Numbered from the stretch's first letter, positions 42,483 through 61,529 are shown. The stretch is DNA of 64,000 nucleotides from the human T2T-CHM13v2.0 reference genome, Homo sapiens (GCF_009914755.1 NC_060939.1); one strand, 5' to 3'. The notes: a model not told the origin generated them from the letters alone. A program made the numbers and translations.

Positions 42483-44644
42483 GGCAGCCTCATTCACTTT
42501 CTATTTCTTGCTATACACAGATAAAATTAATTTGTAAATTAACCTCGTATCCAGAAACCTTATCGATCTCAGTATTAATTCTAAGAACATCTCTGTAGAT
42601 TTGTTTTGCACTATTTATAGAGTCATAACCGCAAATAATGATAGTTTTATTTCTTCCTTTCCCTAATTTATACATTTATTTATTTTTCTTGCCCATTCCA
42701 CTGGTTGAATACAAGCAGTCATTTCCATCATCTTTATCTTGTCTCTAAACTCAAATGAAAAGCTTTACCATCATTTTCCACCGAAGCATAATGTTTGTTG
42801 TTATCTATTGCACATGATTATGCGTGGTTGTCTGTATTATTCTGTTAATATGGTAAGGTAATTGACTAATTTTCATGTGTTAAGTTAATCTTGCATCCCT
42901 AGAATAACCTAATTTGGATATATTATTCATGTTATATATCACCAGATACTACTCGATAATTTTTTAAGATTTTTAAATCTATGTTCATGAATGAGACTGA
43001 TTTATAATGTTCCTATTTCTTCCTGGCATGATCAGGTTTTATTATTTCCAAGTATATTTTTAAAACTTAGAAACATGACTCTAATGCAAATATAGATTGA
43101 ACATATATTCAACATCAGTAAAGACTGATCTCACCCACTGAGTAAAGCTGGTCCAAGACAATGTGAGAGAAGATATATATGTAATGAAATAACTCTAGAA
43201 TAAGATTGATGAATTAATGCCCTACAGGGTGATAAAATTATAACTTTTGGGGTTATCTTTTCTACTTGACATAAAATATTTACATCCTTACTTGACAAAA
43301 TCTATATATTCATAAGTAACTTCACAGAGTGTAGGCTATAATCAGTAAATAGTAAGTGAAACGAAAGTGCATCTCCTAGAGAATTAAATATTCCTTGAGT
43401 GGCCCTGTTCAACAATACTGTAGAATAACATTAAAAGGACATGCAGTCATCTTTTCCAAAACATTTCCAACAGAAATGCTGGTTATACTTAACAGAATCT
43501 AGATTATATAGGGACCTCATTGACTCCCCCTTCTGTTTTCTGGGAAAAATGTCTACAAAACCAGCAATTTGCCCCTAAAATGCTTGGTAAAATGTGTAAG
43601 TGAAGTCATCTACTCTTGGAAGTGTGTGAAGGTACTTAGTAATAGATTTAACTTCTTTAATAAATATAGGACTATTCAGATTTACCATATTTTTTGATAT
43701 TGCAGTATTTTAGAAATTTTTCCATTTCACCTAAGTTTTCAAGTTTATTGGCAGAGAGTAGTTGGCAGTACTACCATCAGAAGGAATTACTTGATGTCTT
43801 TAATATTTCTTGTGCTGATTATTTTTACCTCCTCTCTTTATATCTCAATCAGTATTGCCAGAGATTGAGGAAGTTTAGGTATTTTCAGGTACTGAATGTG
43901 GACTTCCATGACTTCTCTATTGTGTGTTTATATTCGACTTAATTTCTTATTTTAACCTTTTTATTTCCTTATCTGTTTCTTATTGTTAAATTGTTGTTGT
44001 TTACCTACCTTCTTAAGAGGAATGCTTAGGTCATTGATTTTCAGCCTTTCCGTTTATCCAGTGTATACATTTGAGGCTACAAATGTCTAGTGCTTTAATA
44101 TTACTTCACAATTTTGATATGTGAATTTTTTCATTAGCTTATGGTTCAAAAATTATTAATTTCTCTTTATATTTATTCCTTGTTCCATATATTTAGATAT
44201 TTATTGCTTTTAATTCTCACATATTTTAAGATTTTCTAGCTAGCTTTTTTATTGTGGTAAAAAATGCACAATAAAATTTACCCTTTAAAAAAATTTTTTT
44301 TGTTACCCTCCCCTCTCAGGTATCTGGTTATAGCATAAAATTTACAATCTTGAGTATTTTTAAGTGTACAGTACAGTATTATTAATTATAGGCATCTTGT
44401 TGTGCAACAAATCTTTAAAACTTCCTTTTGCAAAACTGAAACTCTAAACCCATTGAACTCTCCTTTTCCCCTTCCACACAGCCCCTGACAAACACTATTC
44501 TACTATATAGTTCTAAGATTTTGACTACTATAGCTACCACATATACTTGGAATCATTCCATATTTGTCTTTTTGTAACTGGCTTTTCACTTAGCATAATG
44601 TCCTCAAGGTTTATTCATGTTGTCATATATGACAGAATTGCCTG

Positions 44645-44773
44645 TTTGTTTGTTTGTAGAGATGGGGCGTCACTTTGTTGCTCAGGCTGGCTCAAACTCC
44701 CGGGTTTAAGTGATCCTCCTGCCTAGGCCTCCCAAAGTGCTGGAATTGTAAGTGTGAGCCACCACACCCAGCC
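44645..44773 (-). mobile_element. Free left Alu monomer (FLAM-C-like)
   Basis: Single antisense left arm with a (TTTG)n tail. Confidence 0.8.
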
Positions 44774-46744
44774 TCCTCCTTTTTTTTTTTTTTTATGAAG
44801 ACTGAATAACACTCCACTGTATGGATATACTATACTTTCTTTAACCATTCATCTGTTGATAGACATTTAGGTTGCTTCCACATCTTGGCTATTGTGAAAA
44901 ATACTGCAATAAACTTGGAGTCCAAATATCTCTTCAATATCTTATTTCAATTCTTTTGGATACATACCCAGAAGTGGGATTGTGGTATAATATGGTAGCT
45001 GTAATTTGTTGAGGAACCGCCATACTATTTTCCATATTGGCTGTATTCCATATTGGTGAGAATGTAAAATACATTTTACATTCTCACCAAAGTGCATGAG
45101 GGTTCCAATTTCTCCTCATCTTCAAGAACACTTGTTAGTTTTCTGTGTTTTTGTTGATTACCATCCCAATAGATATGAGGTAATATCATTGTTGTTTTGA
45201 TTTGCATTTCCCTGATAGTGATGTTGAGCATCTTTTTATATGTTTGTAGGCTGTTGTATTTCATCTTTGGAAAAATGTCTATTCAAGTCCTTTGACCATT
45301 TTAAAATTAGATTATTATTATTTTCTTGGGTATTGAGTTATAGAAATTCTTGATATATTCTGGAATATTAACCCCTTTACCAACATATAGTTTGCAAATA
45401 CTTTCTGTATTTGGTTTCCCAAACTTTTCATTCTGTTGATTATTTCATTTGCTGCACCAAAGTTTTAAAGTTGGATGTAGTCCCATTCATCTATGTTTAC
45501 TTTTGTTGTCTGTGCCTTTGTTGTCATGTCCAGTAAAACACAGCCAAATCCAATGTCATGAACATTTCCTTCTATGTTTTCTACCAGAAGTTTTGTAGTT
45601 TAAAGTATTACATTTAGATATTTAATCCATTTTTAATTACTTTTTGTATATGGTGTAAGAGTGGGTCCAACTTCATTGTTTTGCATGTGGATATCCAGCT
45701 TTCCCAACATCTTTTGTTGAAGAGACTATTTTCCATTGTGTAGTTTTGACATCTTTGCTGAAAATCATTTGACCATATACATAAAGATTTCTCTGGGCTC
45801 TTTGTTCTGTTACATGGGTCTATAGGTCTATTTTTATGTTAGTATCATACCGTTTTGACTACTGTATATTTGTAATATGTTTTGAAATCAGCAAGTGTGA
45901 TAACTACAGCTTTGTTTTCGTTATTGAAATAGGAAGTTGAGATTTTTTGGCTAGTCATGGTCTTTTGAGATACCACATGAACTTTAGGATAGTCTTTTTT
46001 ACTTCTGAAAAAAAGCCTTTGGAATTTTAATAGAGATTTCAAGGAATCTGTAGATTACAGTACAAATATTTTAACACTATTAAGTCTTTCAACCCATGAT
46101 CACGGGATGTCTTCCCCTTTATTTGTGTCTTGTTTAATTTTTTTCAGCAATGTTTTAGAATTCTCAGTGTATACGTTTTTTTCCTCCTGGAGCAACTATA
46201 TCTATAAGTATGCTATTCTTTTTGATATCATTGTAAATTATATTTGTTTTCTTAATAATTTCCTTGTCAGGTATTTTGCTGATAATGTACAGAAATGCAA
46301 CTAATTTTTGTGTGTCAATTTTGTATCCTGAAATTTACGAATTCATTTACTAGTTTTAACAGTTTTTGGGTTTTGTGTATTACATCTCTAGGGTTTTCTA
46401 TATATAAGATTATGTCATTTGTGAACAGAGTTAATTTTACTTCTTCCTTTCTGATTTAGATCTCTTTTATTTCTTTTTCTTGCCTAATTAATCTGGAATT
46501 CCAACACTACGTTGAATAGAAGTGGTGAGAGAGGGCATCCTTCCCTTGTTACCAATCTTAAGAGGAAAAGCTTACAGTTTTTCACTTGTTACTGAGAAAA
46601 ATAATAGCTATAAGCTTTTCATATATGGCCTTTACCATATTGAGGTAATTTCCTACTATTTCTAGTTTGTTTAGTAGTTTCATCATGAAAAGGTATTACA
46701 TTTTGTCAAATGCCTTCCTTGGCATCCAGTTGACTACGTGCATT

Positions 46745-47056
46745 GTTTGTTTTTTTGTTTTGTTTTGTTTTTTTGAGACAAGGTCTCCCCCTCTGTCACC
46801 CAGGCTGGAGTGCAGTGGAGTGATTTCGGCTTACTGCAACCTCTGCCTTCTGGGTTCAAGCAATTCTTGTGCCTCAGCCACTGGAGTAGCTATTACTGGC
46901 GTGTGCCACCACACCTGGCTAATTTTTGTTATTTTTAGTAGAGATAGGGTTTCACCATGTTGGCCAAGCTGGTCTTGAACTCCTGACCTCAAGTGATCTG
47001 CCCACCTCGGGCTCCCAAAGTACTGGAATTACAGGCATGAGCCACTGCCCCTGGCC
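46745..47056 (-). mobile_element. AluSz/Jb
   Basis: Antisense full dimer with a (TTTTG)n tail. Confidence 0.92.
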
Positions 47057-49042
47057 TATGTGGTTTTTGTCCATTATTTTGTTAATGTGATGTCTTAATT
47101 TGATTTTCATATATTGAACCATCTTCTTGCATTCTAAAAGTAATTGGTGTAACTCTTAATGTGTTGTTGAATTAAGCATGCTAGTGTTTTGCTGAAGATT
47201 TTTGCATCGACATTCATCAGGGATATTGGTTTGTAGTTTTCGTTTCTTAAAGTATCTGCCTGATTTTGGTATCAGGGTAATGCTGGACTTCTGAAATGAA
47301 TTTGGAGGTTTGTTCTAAATTTTTTGCAAGAGTTTGAGAAGGATTTTTGTTAGTTCTTTAAATGGCTGCAAGAATTCTTCAGTGAAGTCACTGGTCCTAA
47401 GCTTTTCCTTGTTGGGACCTGTTTGATTACAGATTACGTCTCCTTACTCGTTATTGGTCTACAAAGAATTTTTATTTCTTCATGAGTCAGGCTTGGTAAA
47501 TTCCTAGGAATTTATCCATTGCTTTGAAGTTGTCAAATTTTATTATTATATAGTTGTTTCTAGAAATCTCTTGTGATCATTTGTATTTCTGTATCATCAG
47601 TTGCAATGTCTTCTTTCATTTCTGATTTTTATTACTGGAGTCTGTTTTTTTTTTTTTCTTAGTCTAGCTAAGGGTTTGTTGCTTTTATTGATCTTTTCAA
47701 AAAACCAATTTAGTTTTGTTAATTTTTAAAATTGTTTTTATTCTCTGCTTCATTACTTTCTGCTCTAACATTTGTTAGTTTCTTCCTTCTATTAACTTTG
47801 AGTTTAGTTTGTTCTTACTTTTGTAGTTCTTTGAGATATAATGTTAGAATTTTTATTTGACATCTTTTCTCTTTTTAAAGGTAGGCATTTACTACTCCAA
47901 ATTTCCCTCTTAGAGCTGCTTTTGCTGCATCCAATAAGTTTGGCTATGTTCTGTTTTCATTTTCACTTGACCTAAGATATTTTCGCATTTCTCTTGTGAT
48001 TTCTTCTTTGATTCATTCATCATTCAAGAGTGTATTAATTTCCACATATTTAGGAATTTTCAAGTGTTCCTTTTGCTATTGATTTCTAGTTTAATTCCAC
48101 TGTGGTTAGAGAAGATAGATGGTATGATTTCAATTTTCTTAAATTTGTTAAGACCTGTTTTGTGGCCTAACATGTCATCTTTAGAAACATTCTGTGGGCA
48201 TTTTAGAAGAATGTGTATTCTGCTGTTGTTGGGTGGAATGCTCTGCATTTATCTATAAAGACCAATTTGTCTAGAGTGTTGTTCAAGTCTTCTGTTTCTT
48301 TACTTTTCTCTGGCTGATCTATACGTTATTGAAATTGGAATATTAAAATCTCTATCATTATTGTGTTACTATCTAATTATCCCTGCAATTCTTTCAATTC
48401 TTCATGCTTGCTGTATATATTCACCTAATATATATAAAATTACATCTTTCTGGGAACTGACTTTTTAAATCCTTATATGTTCTTCTTTGCCTCTTGTGAC
48501 AATTTTTGACTTAAAGTTTATTTTGACTGGTATATCAACCCCTGCTGTCATTTGGTTACCATTAGTATGACATTTATTTCTCATCCTTTCACTTTCAGTC
48601 TATGTGTGTTGTTAAATTTAAAGTGAGTCTCTCATAGATAGCATATAGTTGGATTGTGTTGTTTTTTTATTTTTCCATTTAGCCACTGTATATATTTTGA
48701 CTTGGGAAATTAGTACAGTTATATTTAAAGTAATTATTGATAGGTTAGGACTTACTCTTGCCATTTGGTTAATTTTTTCTTTCTGTTTTGTTCTCTTGCT
48801 CCTCTCTTCTTCTCATGTTGACTTGTGATTTGATGATTTTTCATGGTGATGTGCTTTTATTATTTTCTATCTTTTGTGTATCCACTTTACATTATTTTTG
48901 TGGTTACCATGGAGATCACATAAAATATTTTATGGTTACATCAGTCTGTTTTAAGCTCACAACCACTGATCTTAGATTACAGAAGTTACTCTATACTTTA
49001 CTCCTCCCCAACACACATTTTATGTAATTGATGTCAGACTTC

Positions 49043-49341
49043 TTTTTTTTTTTTTTTTTGAGAGACAAGGTGTCACTCTGTCACTCAGGTTGGAGTGCAG
49101 TGGTGCAATTATGGCTCACTGCAGCACTGAACTCTTGGGATCAAGGGATCCTCTCTACTTAGCTTCCTGAGTAGCTAGGACCACTGGTGCTCACCAGCAC
49201 ACTTGGCTAATTAAAAAAATTAATAGAGATGAGCTCTCCCTATGTTGCCCATACTGGTCTCAAACTCCTGGGCTCAAGCAGTCCTCCCATCTCGGCCTCC
49301 CAAAGTGCTGGCATTATAGCTGTGAGTCACCTCACACAGCC
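49043..49341 (-). mobile_element. AluJ
   Basis: Antisense dimer with J diagnostics 'ggctcactgcagc' and 'ctcctgggctcaagcagtcctccc', and a poly(T) end. Confidence 0.9.
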
Positions 49342-49606
49342 AGATATTGCTTCTTTCTATATTATGTTTAAATTGAAAAATATTTGTGGATACAGTTATT
49401 CTGACTACTTCTGTTTTCTAATTTATGTAAGTATTAAATGTTAAGGTGCATGATTACAGTATTACAATTTTCTGAGTTTGTCTTTATGTTTAGCTTTCAT
49501 ACTACAATTTATATTTTCATATGCATTTGTATTATTGCTTAGCTTTTTTTTTGTTTCAACTTTAAAACTCTTGTAAAGCAGTCCTAGTGATAATGAACTC
49601 CTTCAA

Positions 49607-54750
<5,144 letters not shown>

Positions 54751-57092
54751 GTGTATTTTATTTTTGTTTTTGCTTTTTAACTTGTATTTTGTTTATAGGT
54801 TCTGTGTGATTTAGCATTAAAGAGGTTCTGTCTTGTTGTGTTTTCAGGATTTATTTCAAGATTGAAAGCTCCTTTTAGTTCTTGTAGTGGTGGCTTGGTA
54901 ATGGTGAATTCTGTCAGCATTTGTTTGTCTGAAAATGACTGTATCTTTCCTTCATATATGATGCTTAGTTTCACTGGATACAAAATTCTTGGCTGATAAC
55001 TGTTTTGTTTGAGGAGACCGAAGATATGGCCCCAATCACTTCTCGCTTGTAGAGTTTCTGCTGAGAAATCTGCTGTTAATCTGATAGGTTTATAGGTTTA
55101 TATGTTACCTGGTGCTTCTGTCTCACAGCTCTTAAGATTCTTTCCTTTGTCTTAACTTTGGATGACCTGATGACAATGTGCATAGGTGAAGATCTCTTTG
55201 TGATGAATTTCCCAGGTGTTCTTTGTGCTTCTTGTATTTGGATGTCTGGGTCTCTAGCAAGGCTGAGGAAGCTTTCCTTGACTGTTCCCCCAAATATGTT
55301 TTCCAAGCTTTTAGAATTCTCTTCTTCCTCAGGAACACGAATTATTCTTAGGTTTGGTTGTTTAATGTAATCCCAGGCTTCTTGGAGGCTTTGTTCATAT
55401 TTTCTTATTCTTTTTTCTGTGTCTTTGTTGGATTGGTTGAATACTTTGTCTTTGTGCTCTGAATTTCTTTCTTCTACTTGTTCAATTCTATTGCTGAGAC
55501 TTTCCAGAGTATTTCACATTTCTAACAGTGTGTCTAAAGTTTTCTGAATTTTTGATTTTTTTTTCTTTAAGTTATCTATTTCCTTGAATATTTCTCCCTT
55601 CATTTCTTGTACCATATTCTGGATTTCCTTGCATTAGGCTTTGCCTTTCTCTGGTCCCTCTCTGATTAGTTTAGTAACTAACCTCCTGAATTCTTTTTCA
55701 GGTAAATCAGGGATTTCTTCTTCATTTGGAGCCATTGCTGGTTAAACTAGTATGATTTTTTTGGAGGCATTGAAGAGCCTTGTTTTGTCATATTACCAGG
55801 GTTGGTTTTCTGGTTGCTTCTCATTTGGGTAGCCTCTGTCAGAGGGAAGTTCTAGGGCTGAAGGCTGTTGTTCAGATTCTTTTGTCCCATGGGGTGTTCC
55901 TTTGATGTAGTACTCTCCCCTTTTTCCTATGGATGTAGCTTCCTGTGATCCAAACTGCAGTGATTGTTGTCTCTCTTCTGGGTCTAGCCACACAGCAAGT
56001 CTACCTGGCTCTGGGCTGGTATTGGGGGTTGTCTGCACTGAGTCCTGTGATGTGAACCATCTATGGATCTCTCAGCCAGAGATACCAACACCTGTTCTGG
56101 TGGAGGTGGCGGGGGATGCAATAGACACCATGAGGATTCTTAGCTTTGGTGGTTTAATGTTCAATTTTTGTGTTGGTTGGCCTCCTGCCAGGAGGTGGCA
56201 CTTTCCAGAGAGCATCAGCTGTGGTATTATGAGGAGGAACTAGTGGTGGGTAGGGCCCTAGAACTCCCAAGATTATATACCCTTTGTCTTCCGCTACCAG
56301 GTTGGGTAGGGAAGGACCATTAGGTGAGGGTGGGGCTAGGTGTGTGTGAGCTCAGACTCTCCGTGGGCGTGTCTTGCTGTGGCTGCTGTTGGGGATGGGG
56401 GTGAGATTCTCAGGTCACTGGAGTTGTGTACCTAGGAGGATTATCGCTGCCTCTGCTGAGTCATGCAGGTTGTCAGACAGGTGGGGGAAAGCTGGCAGTC
56501 ACAGGCCTCACCCAGCTCCCAGCAAACCCAAGGGCCGGTCTCACTCCCACCATGTCCCCTCAACACCCCCCAGACTGTTTCTAGGCAGAGAGCAATACAG
56601 GCTTGAAAATCTACTGCAGGCTGTCTGACCCCAACCTGTGAAAGAAAAGGGCTTGGTTCTTCCCCTGCCTGTGGAGTCTGCACACCAGATTCGCGCCCTT
56701 CCCCAAGTTCTGGACAGAAGGCTTCTCACTCTGTTCAAATTGTTACAAAGTTCAGCTAGAGATTTGCTTCTCTCTGTGTAGTTTTACTCCCTGCTTCTCT
56801 CCCATTGGATCCCTGTGGTGCCAGGCAGGAATGGCCTGCTAGAGGACCCAGTGAGCTCCCAGGGCCTTTCTGCTGCTTCCTCCACCCCTGTATTTTGCTT
56901 GGCTCTCCAAATTGACTCAGCTCCAGCTAAAGTCGGAAACTTCTCCCATAAACAGACCTTCAGTTTAGCCAGTGGGTGCATGTTTGGGAGAGAAAGGTCT
57001 CCCTTTGCCACTTCTGCAGTTGGGGCACTCACAGTTTTGGGCGGGGGGACTCCTGGGTCCTGCAGGAGCAGTCCACTTCCTTCAGAGGGTCT
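54751..57092 (-). mobile_element. L1PB (L1PBa-like) ORF1 and 5' UTR only
   Basis: ORF1 remnants (YPVKLSIIYEGKIQSFSDKQML; IQIQEAQRTPGKF) and a long L1PB-type 5' UTR. Confidence 0.85.
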
Positions 57093-57099
57093 CATTGTG

Positions 57100-58690
57100 T
57101 CTGTTTTTGGAGTCATCTTCTAAGTTTTTCAGTTCAGTCATTGTATTCTTCAGTTCCAGGATTTCCATCTGGTTGTTTTTTTAAGGTTTCTATATTTTTT
57201 TCAAAATTAAACTTCCCATTTTATTCATGTATTGTCTTCCTGGCTTCAGTAGTTGTCTATCTTTGTCCTCTTATAGCTTATTAAACTTCTTTAAAATGGT
57301 TATTCTGAATTCTTTGTCAAGCAGTTCATGCATTTCCATTTCTTTAGCGCTGGTTATTGGAGCTTTATTCATTTCCTTTGGTTATGTTTGCTTGATTTTT
57401 TGCACCATTTAGCCTTGCATTGTTGTTCTATGCATCTGAAAGAGCAAACACCTTTTCCAGTCTTTAACAGACTGATTTTTGCAGGTAAAAAACTTCTCCT
57501 GCTGGGTCCCCAGATTGATAGGGCTGCCTCCAAGATCACGATTAACTGGGGCTAGAGCTGTCTCACATGGATGCTGCTGGGTCTGTAGTCAGGTACACAG
57601 TTGAAGGGCCTGTTACTGCGGGCACAGGTGGGCACAATTCCTGCCTGGTACCAATCAGATGGGACTACCTCTGGAACCATGGTCAAGCAAGGTTGGAGGT
57701 GGGTCACAAGAGGACTTCTGGGTCTGCAGATGGCAGGCCCATTAGCAGGGTCTTAATAGGCATGGCTCCTACTAGACACCCATTAACCACAATAGATGGG
57801 GGATAGAGTCAAGTCATAGGGCTGCTTCAGCACTGAGGTAGGGTGAGTTCAGCAGGCCTGTTACCAGGGCTATGGATAGATGTGTCTTTTGAAGGTAACA
57901 TATGTGGGTAGCACTGCCCCCAGGCCATAGCAGAGTGGAAATGGAATTAAGTCACAGGACCAGTTCAAGGTCTATAGCCAGATACCTTAATGGTGTGCCT
58001 GCTATTGGGGGCATAGATGGGTGTATCTCCCAGAGGGTCCCTGGGATGGCAGGACTGTCTCTGGGCTATGGTAGATTGGGGGCATAGATGGGTGTGTCTC
58101 CCAGAGGTCCCTGGGTTGGCAGGACTGTCTCTGGGCTATGGTAGATTGGGGCTAGAGCCCAGTTAAGGGCCACTTTAGTGTACACAATTGGGTGTGAGGT
58201 CAGCAGGCCTGCCACTGGAGGAATGAACAGGCATATCTCCTACCAGGTCCTTGGGTAGGCAGGACTTCTCCCTACAGCAAAGCAGGGCTGTAGCTGAGTC
58301 ACAGGTCTCAGGATCCACAGCCGGGACTAAGTTTGTTGGCCTTCTAATGAAGGTATAAGCCAACCTGATTCCTCCCATGTGCCCTGACAAATGGGATCAT
58401 GGGCAGGACAGAGACCAAGCGTGTCCGGAACTGAGACTACGGGAGAATAGGGCTGTTACTGACATGCAGCTGAGGCCACTGTCAGCTAGCCTGCCACTGG
58501 GGCATAGGCTAGTCTTCTCAAAGTGGCCCTCCAAAGTCTTGGGCATCAGTGAGGTTCTGCATCCTCCTACCTGGATCTCAATACTCCCACAAGGGCATTT
58601 TCGTCTGTGAATGTTTGCCAAGTTATTGTTAATATTGAGGGATATGAGCTGGGGAACCTCATTTTCCACCATCTTGCCTATGTCACTCTC
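57100..58690 (-). mobile_element. L1M (L1M2/M3-like) ORF1 start and GC-rich, internally repetitive 5' UTR
   Basis: 'ttcagttcagtcattgtattcttcag' ORF1 motif. Ends 'ccaccatcttgcctatgtcactc', an L1M 5' terminus. Confidence 0.7.
58004..58151 (+). repeat. 71-bp tandem duplication (2 copies, 3 differences)
   Basis: 'attgggggcatagatgggtgt...ctgggctatggtag' twice, followed by a third 'attgggg'. Confidence 0.95.
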
Positions 58691-60268
58691 TAACTTTCAA
58701 CAGTTTGATTGTAATGTATCTAAGTGCAGGCCTTTTTAGGTTTGTCTTATTTTTAGTCCTTTGATCTTGAATTTGGATATCTACATCATTTCTCAGATTT
58801 GGGAAATTTTCAGCCATTCTTTAAATAACCTCTCTTTTTTTTTTTCCCTCTCTTATCCTTCTTGTACTCTCATACTGTATAGATTGGTCTGCTTGATCAT
58901 GTCCCATAAGTTCTTTAGGCTTTCTTCACTCTTCTTTCTTTTTTTCTCCCTTTTTTATACTCTGACTCAAAAAATTCAAATGACCTGACTTCAAGTTTCC
59001 TGATTCCTTCTTCTGCTTGATAAAATCTGCTGTTGAACCTCTCCAGTGAATTTTTTGGTTCAGTTTTTATATTCTTTGGTTCCAGATTTTCTATTTCCTT
59101 TTCATACTTTCTATTCCTTTGTTGGTTTTCTCATTTTGTTTATGCATCATTTTCCTGATTTCATTTAGTTGTTTATTTTAATGTTTTCTTACAGCACATT
59201 GAGCTTTGTAATGATTACTTTGAATTCTTTGTCAAGTAATTCATATTAATAGATTTTCATTTTTTCAGAGCCAGTTTCTGAAGATCTATTTTGGGCCTCC
59301 GATTGGGTCATGTTTCCCTGTTTCTTTATGTGTCTTATTTGTTACATTTTTTGCATTTGAAAAAGCAAATGTCTCTTCCAATCTTTATAAAGTGGCTTCA
59401 CACAGGGGAAGACCTTCACCAGTCAACCCAGTTAGAAATTTTGGGTCCTCTTAAAGCTTTTCTGGGGATGCCTCTTTCCTGGGTTTGTGCATGTAATTTC
59501 ACAAGGAGAGAAGTTTTCCAGTTTCCTTTTCAGAAGCTTGTGATCTCTTACTCTGTAGAGTGTCTGTCTGCAGTGCTACAGGTTCTCTGGAACCATTACA
59601 AGCCACTGAGCTCTCTTTGCAGCTTTCTTTTCTGTTCTCTGTGGCCCTCAGGAATCCAAAACATGTCAGTTCTGTCAGCACTCCAAGTCAGGAGAGACAG
59701 TAACCAGACACTTGGGTAGCCATCTGAAAATCTGGAATACTGGACACATGTTCTGCCCTTCTCTTACCCTCCTGTGGGAGAAACTGAGTTGGTCACTTTA
59801 ACCCAAATGTGGCAAGCTCTGCTGGCCTCCATCTTTATTATTGCCAGTTTTCAGGCATTGTAATAAGCTTCTAAACTTTCTATTTTTCTTTGTAACTTGT
59901 AGGCATCCAAAGTATGTCAGGACCCTGTCTGCACTCCAAGTCTGATGAGATACAAACCAGTCCCTTTAGTCATTGCCCCAAAGAGTTGGAATGTACCTTT
60001 AACATTCCACTATTCTTTTCTCCTCCCAAGGGAGAAGCCATGATCTTTCTGATCACACCAAGTTGTGCTGTTTTTGGGGAGGGGGCATCACAGTTGACAC
60101 AGATGGCTTTTCTTACCCAATGTGGTTGTTTTTGACTCTGAGCTTGTCTGGGGTAGTGTGACTTTACTGGTTTCTAGAGTTCTCATAAAGGCTCTTTGAA
60201 GGATATACTGTTGTCCCCATGGGGAAATAGGGTTGGTCACTTCCCACTCTGCGATCTTACTAGTATAT
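58691..60268 (-). mobile_element. Second L1M (L1MB-type) ORF1 and 5' UTR
   Basis: 'ttcaacagtttgattgtaatgt...gggaaattttcagccatt' ORF1 motifs. Ends 'ttcccactctgcgatcttac' next to the right TSD copy. Confidence 0.65.
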
Positions 60269-61529
60269 TTCTTTCTAGCCATCTTTTTTATTACTGATTT
60301 TTAGCATAATCTTATTGTAATATAACATTCCCTGCATACTTTCATTCCTATGACATTTGTAGACTTGTATTATGGCCCTGGGTATAACTAACTTTTGTAT
60401 AATTTCTAGTTTCCTTGAAAATAATATGTGTACTGCACTTGTTGGGCATTGTGTTTCTATGTTTGTAGGGTCACGTTTGCTAATTGTGTTATTTTAATTT
60501 TCTATATCCTTGATGATTTTGTCTGTTTTTAAAATCAATACTTGAAAGAAGCGTGCAAAAATCTTGAATTATGACTACAAATTTGTCATAAGGAAATCCC
60601 CTACTGTCAATTTCTGTTACATATTTTAAGATGGTAATTATATATATACAAATTAAGAATTGTTATATCTTCCTGAAGAATTGAGCATTTTAACATATTG
60701 CAGTGTACTTTACAATAATGCTTTTCATTTATTTTGTCTTCTATTAAAAGACATCTACATAAACTCTCTTTTGCCTAGCTTTTGCATGGCACATGTTTTC
60801 ACACTCTTACTTTCATTCTTTCTGTGCCCTTATTTTTAGTGGTGTCTCTTTCAAAGAGCATAGACTTTGGGTTTGCCTTCTAGTCAATCTAATATTTTTT
60901 GTCTTTAAGTGAAACAGTGGTACAATTATATTTAATGTAATTATTGATATATTTGCACTTAAATATATAATCTTACCCCATGATTTGCTTCTGCTAGTTG
61001 CTCTATGTTTATTTTAGCTTACTGTTTTGCCTTTTTTCTTTTTCTATTGCCTTTTAAAAATTATTTTTCATTATTCTATTTTTTCGTACTTCATTAGATT
61101 ATATTATACTCATTTATATTATTTTAGTGGTTATCCTAGAATTTATGACATGTTATCTACATCTATGAGGGTTACTATGAATCTCAACATTTGCCTTTTT
61201 TTATATACAATGCAAAAACTTTAACCATTTAACTCCACTTCTCTAACACCCTTAGTTATGTGCACTGCTTTTTATTTAATTCTATGTAGATTTTAAACTC
61301 GGAGACATCATGTTATTCTTACATATAGTTAATATCTGCTTATATTTTCTCATGTTTACTCTTTTCATTTCTCGTTGATCTCTTTCCTGCATCTCTGATA
61401 TTCTATCTGGAATAATTTCCTTCTGCCTTAATATCCTTTACTATCCTTTGGTGTGGATATTTTCTGGAAACAAATTTTCTTAGTTTTTGTTTGAAAAATC
61501 TTTAGTTTCATGTTTTTTCCCAACATATT

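Larger units (their letters stand above)
44246..49606 (-). mobile_element. L1MB/L1MA10-like 3' end, ORF2 and inter-ORF region
   Basis: 3' end 'ttttattgtggtaaaa...aagtgtacagtacagt'. ORF2 remnants ([31 protein letters not shown]). Confidence 0.85.

Noticed and set aside
57490-58340. Regularly spaced GC-rich repeats as a CRISPR-like array
   Set aside because: Degenerate tandem units of an L1M 5' UTR in primate DNA, with no repeat-spacer structure or cas genes.
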